A stretch of 64,000 bases of DNA, from contig RSEE01000141.1 of the NCBI GenBank assembly GCA_003971905.1, forward strand, positions 1 through 64,000. The letters run 5' to 3'. Below the pieces are notes generated by a model, which was not told where the DNA came from, did no database searches, and saw only the letters and a list, made by a program, of their open reading frames with translations. Positions 62,853 through 64,000 of this stretch are shown piece by piece (within the stretch, counting starts at the first letter, position 1; each line of letters opens with the position of its first letter). The stretch comes from Moniliella sp. 'wahieum' (Eukaryota). The translations under genes were made by a program, and so were the position numbers.

Positions 62853-63415
62853 GGTGCGAGAGGGGACGCGCCCTAGTCTGCATCCTACCCTACCGTAATC
62901 TCATATCTTTCGACCACCTTCCTCCACGACATATGGACCGGGGACAAGCCAACCCGCCCTCCTTTCTATTCTTTGCTCTTTCCCCCTTGCCCCCCCTTTC
63001 GGCTGCATCGATCCGCGATCCTCCGACATGAGTGCACGGGAGGGTCTTTCAATGGAGCAGCCTGACCAGCTGGGTTCACTGCAGCTTTCTTTTTCTACCA
63101 TGGGCTTCATGTGCATCCTTTCCTTACGCACAGTACAGCTCGAGGTTTCGAGCGGGAACACATTTGATAGTGACGACGGGAACAGCTCGTCTTTAAACCA
63201 GACAGAAGAAAACATACAACAATTACAGAAAGGGGGGGGGGGGTTCTTCGCCACTGTTAGTTCAGCGCGCGGGGGAGAAACGGAGAGAGAGAGAGAGGCG
63301 AAGAGAGAAAAAAACGAGAAAGGGAAAACATATACCCAACCAAGTACTAGTAGCCCATAGCTGCACAACCACGATATGCACCACACGGATTCAACTTCCG
63401 CCGCTCTTTACGCGG

Positions 63416-64000
63416 TTAGTACCGTCCCCTCTTGACCGTTACGTTGGTGACGATGGGAACAGCCAGAAGGGTGGTAACGTGCCCGCCCAACGCCGGCAGA
63501 GAGGCCCGTACGCCCGTCTCGCCCCACGCTTGCAAGTCTACATCCCGTTGCGTCACAGCCCACAGGAATTTACTCATCTCCCCACTTGCCCCGGGAGCGG
63601 ATCCAGCGGGACATCGATCAACCGGGTGTGCAGCACCCGTTTCATCTCAGTTTCGTTCCCCCCTGGACTGGGAGCCAAGTAAGACTAGTGGCGGCCCAGG
63701 TGGGCAGACGGATATGAGAAAAGGCGCCTGGCGGGAGCGGGGAAGGGAGGTGGAGCGGCGGTTCAGAAGGTACCTCGGTCCAGGTGGAAGGGTCGTCCAA
63801 GAGAGGGAGGAAGGAGAGGTCGACCGGATGGGTAGGCTTGGCAGCTGGCTGGAGCTGGGTCGGTGATGCGGGGAGATGCTTCGTCGTCGTCGCGTTCACC
63901 TCATCTTCCGGCGGGAGAGAAACCAGGACCATGTCAGGCCAAAGGGCATGGAGTTGGATGTCGACCGGGTCGAGTTCGGCGGGCAGGTGAATTTCCGCGG
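63416..64000 (-). CDS. Probable 3' end of an unidentified protein-coding gene entering from beyond the window
   Basis: Coding-like GC-rich frames LDDPSTWTEVP...HIRLPTWAATSLTWLP...RVLHTRLIDVPLDP...GHVTTLLAVP...RGRY*; no family recognised. Confidence 0.35.

Overview
Eukaryotic, intron-containing fungal DNA, most likely a basidiomycete of the smut lineage (Ustilaginomycotina). The basis is a Ras2 N-terminus [21 protein letters not shown] resembling Ustilago-type Ras2 from memory, a DUF6534-type membrane protein and GT-AG introns. Almost every conserved gene carries scattered 1-bp deletions, which points to an unpolished long-read assembly rather than pseudogenes, so gene ends are approximate. 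Genes: PDR-type ABC transporter, NHP6-like HMG box, Ras2, head-to-head RPS27/RPL19, a divergent beta-tubulin, MRS2/LPE10-type Mg channel, EAF7, CBP80/STO1, mitochondrial-type ALDH, YMR196W-like glycosidase, DUF6534 protein, YggS/PROSC, SLA2, V-ATPase subunit f and three intron-containing tRNAs. The most interesting element is a CRE-clade non-LTR retrotransposon (RT plus restriction-like endonuclease, 28-bp 5' tandem repeats, no poly(A) tail). It occurs as one near-full copy and three 5'-truncated copies. All four end at the same base and are followed by an ungapped degenerate 21-nt motif (nnATGnnnnCnnnAnnGAG), suggesting an undescribed target-site specificity outside rDNA, telomere or SL repeats. 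Also present are a 170-bp solo LTR nested with a perfect 5-bp TSD in one copy, many intergenic arrays of 6-bp palindrome +1 heptamers, a (GGGGAA)n tract and decayed relics of GATA-finger, GT20 and RT genes.
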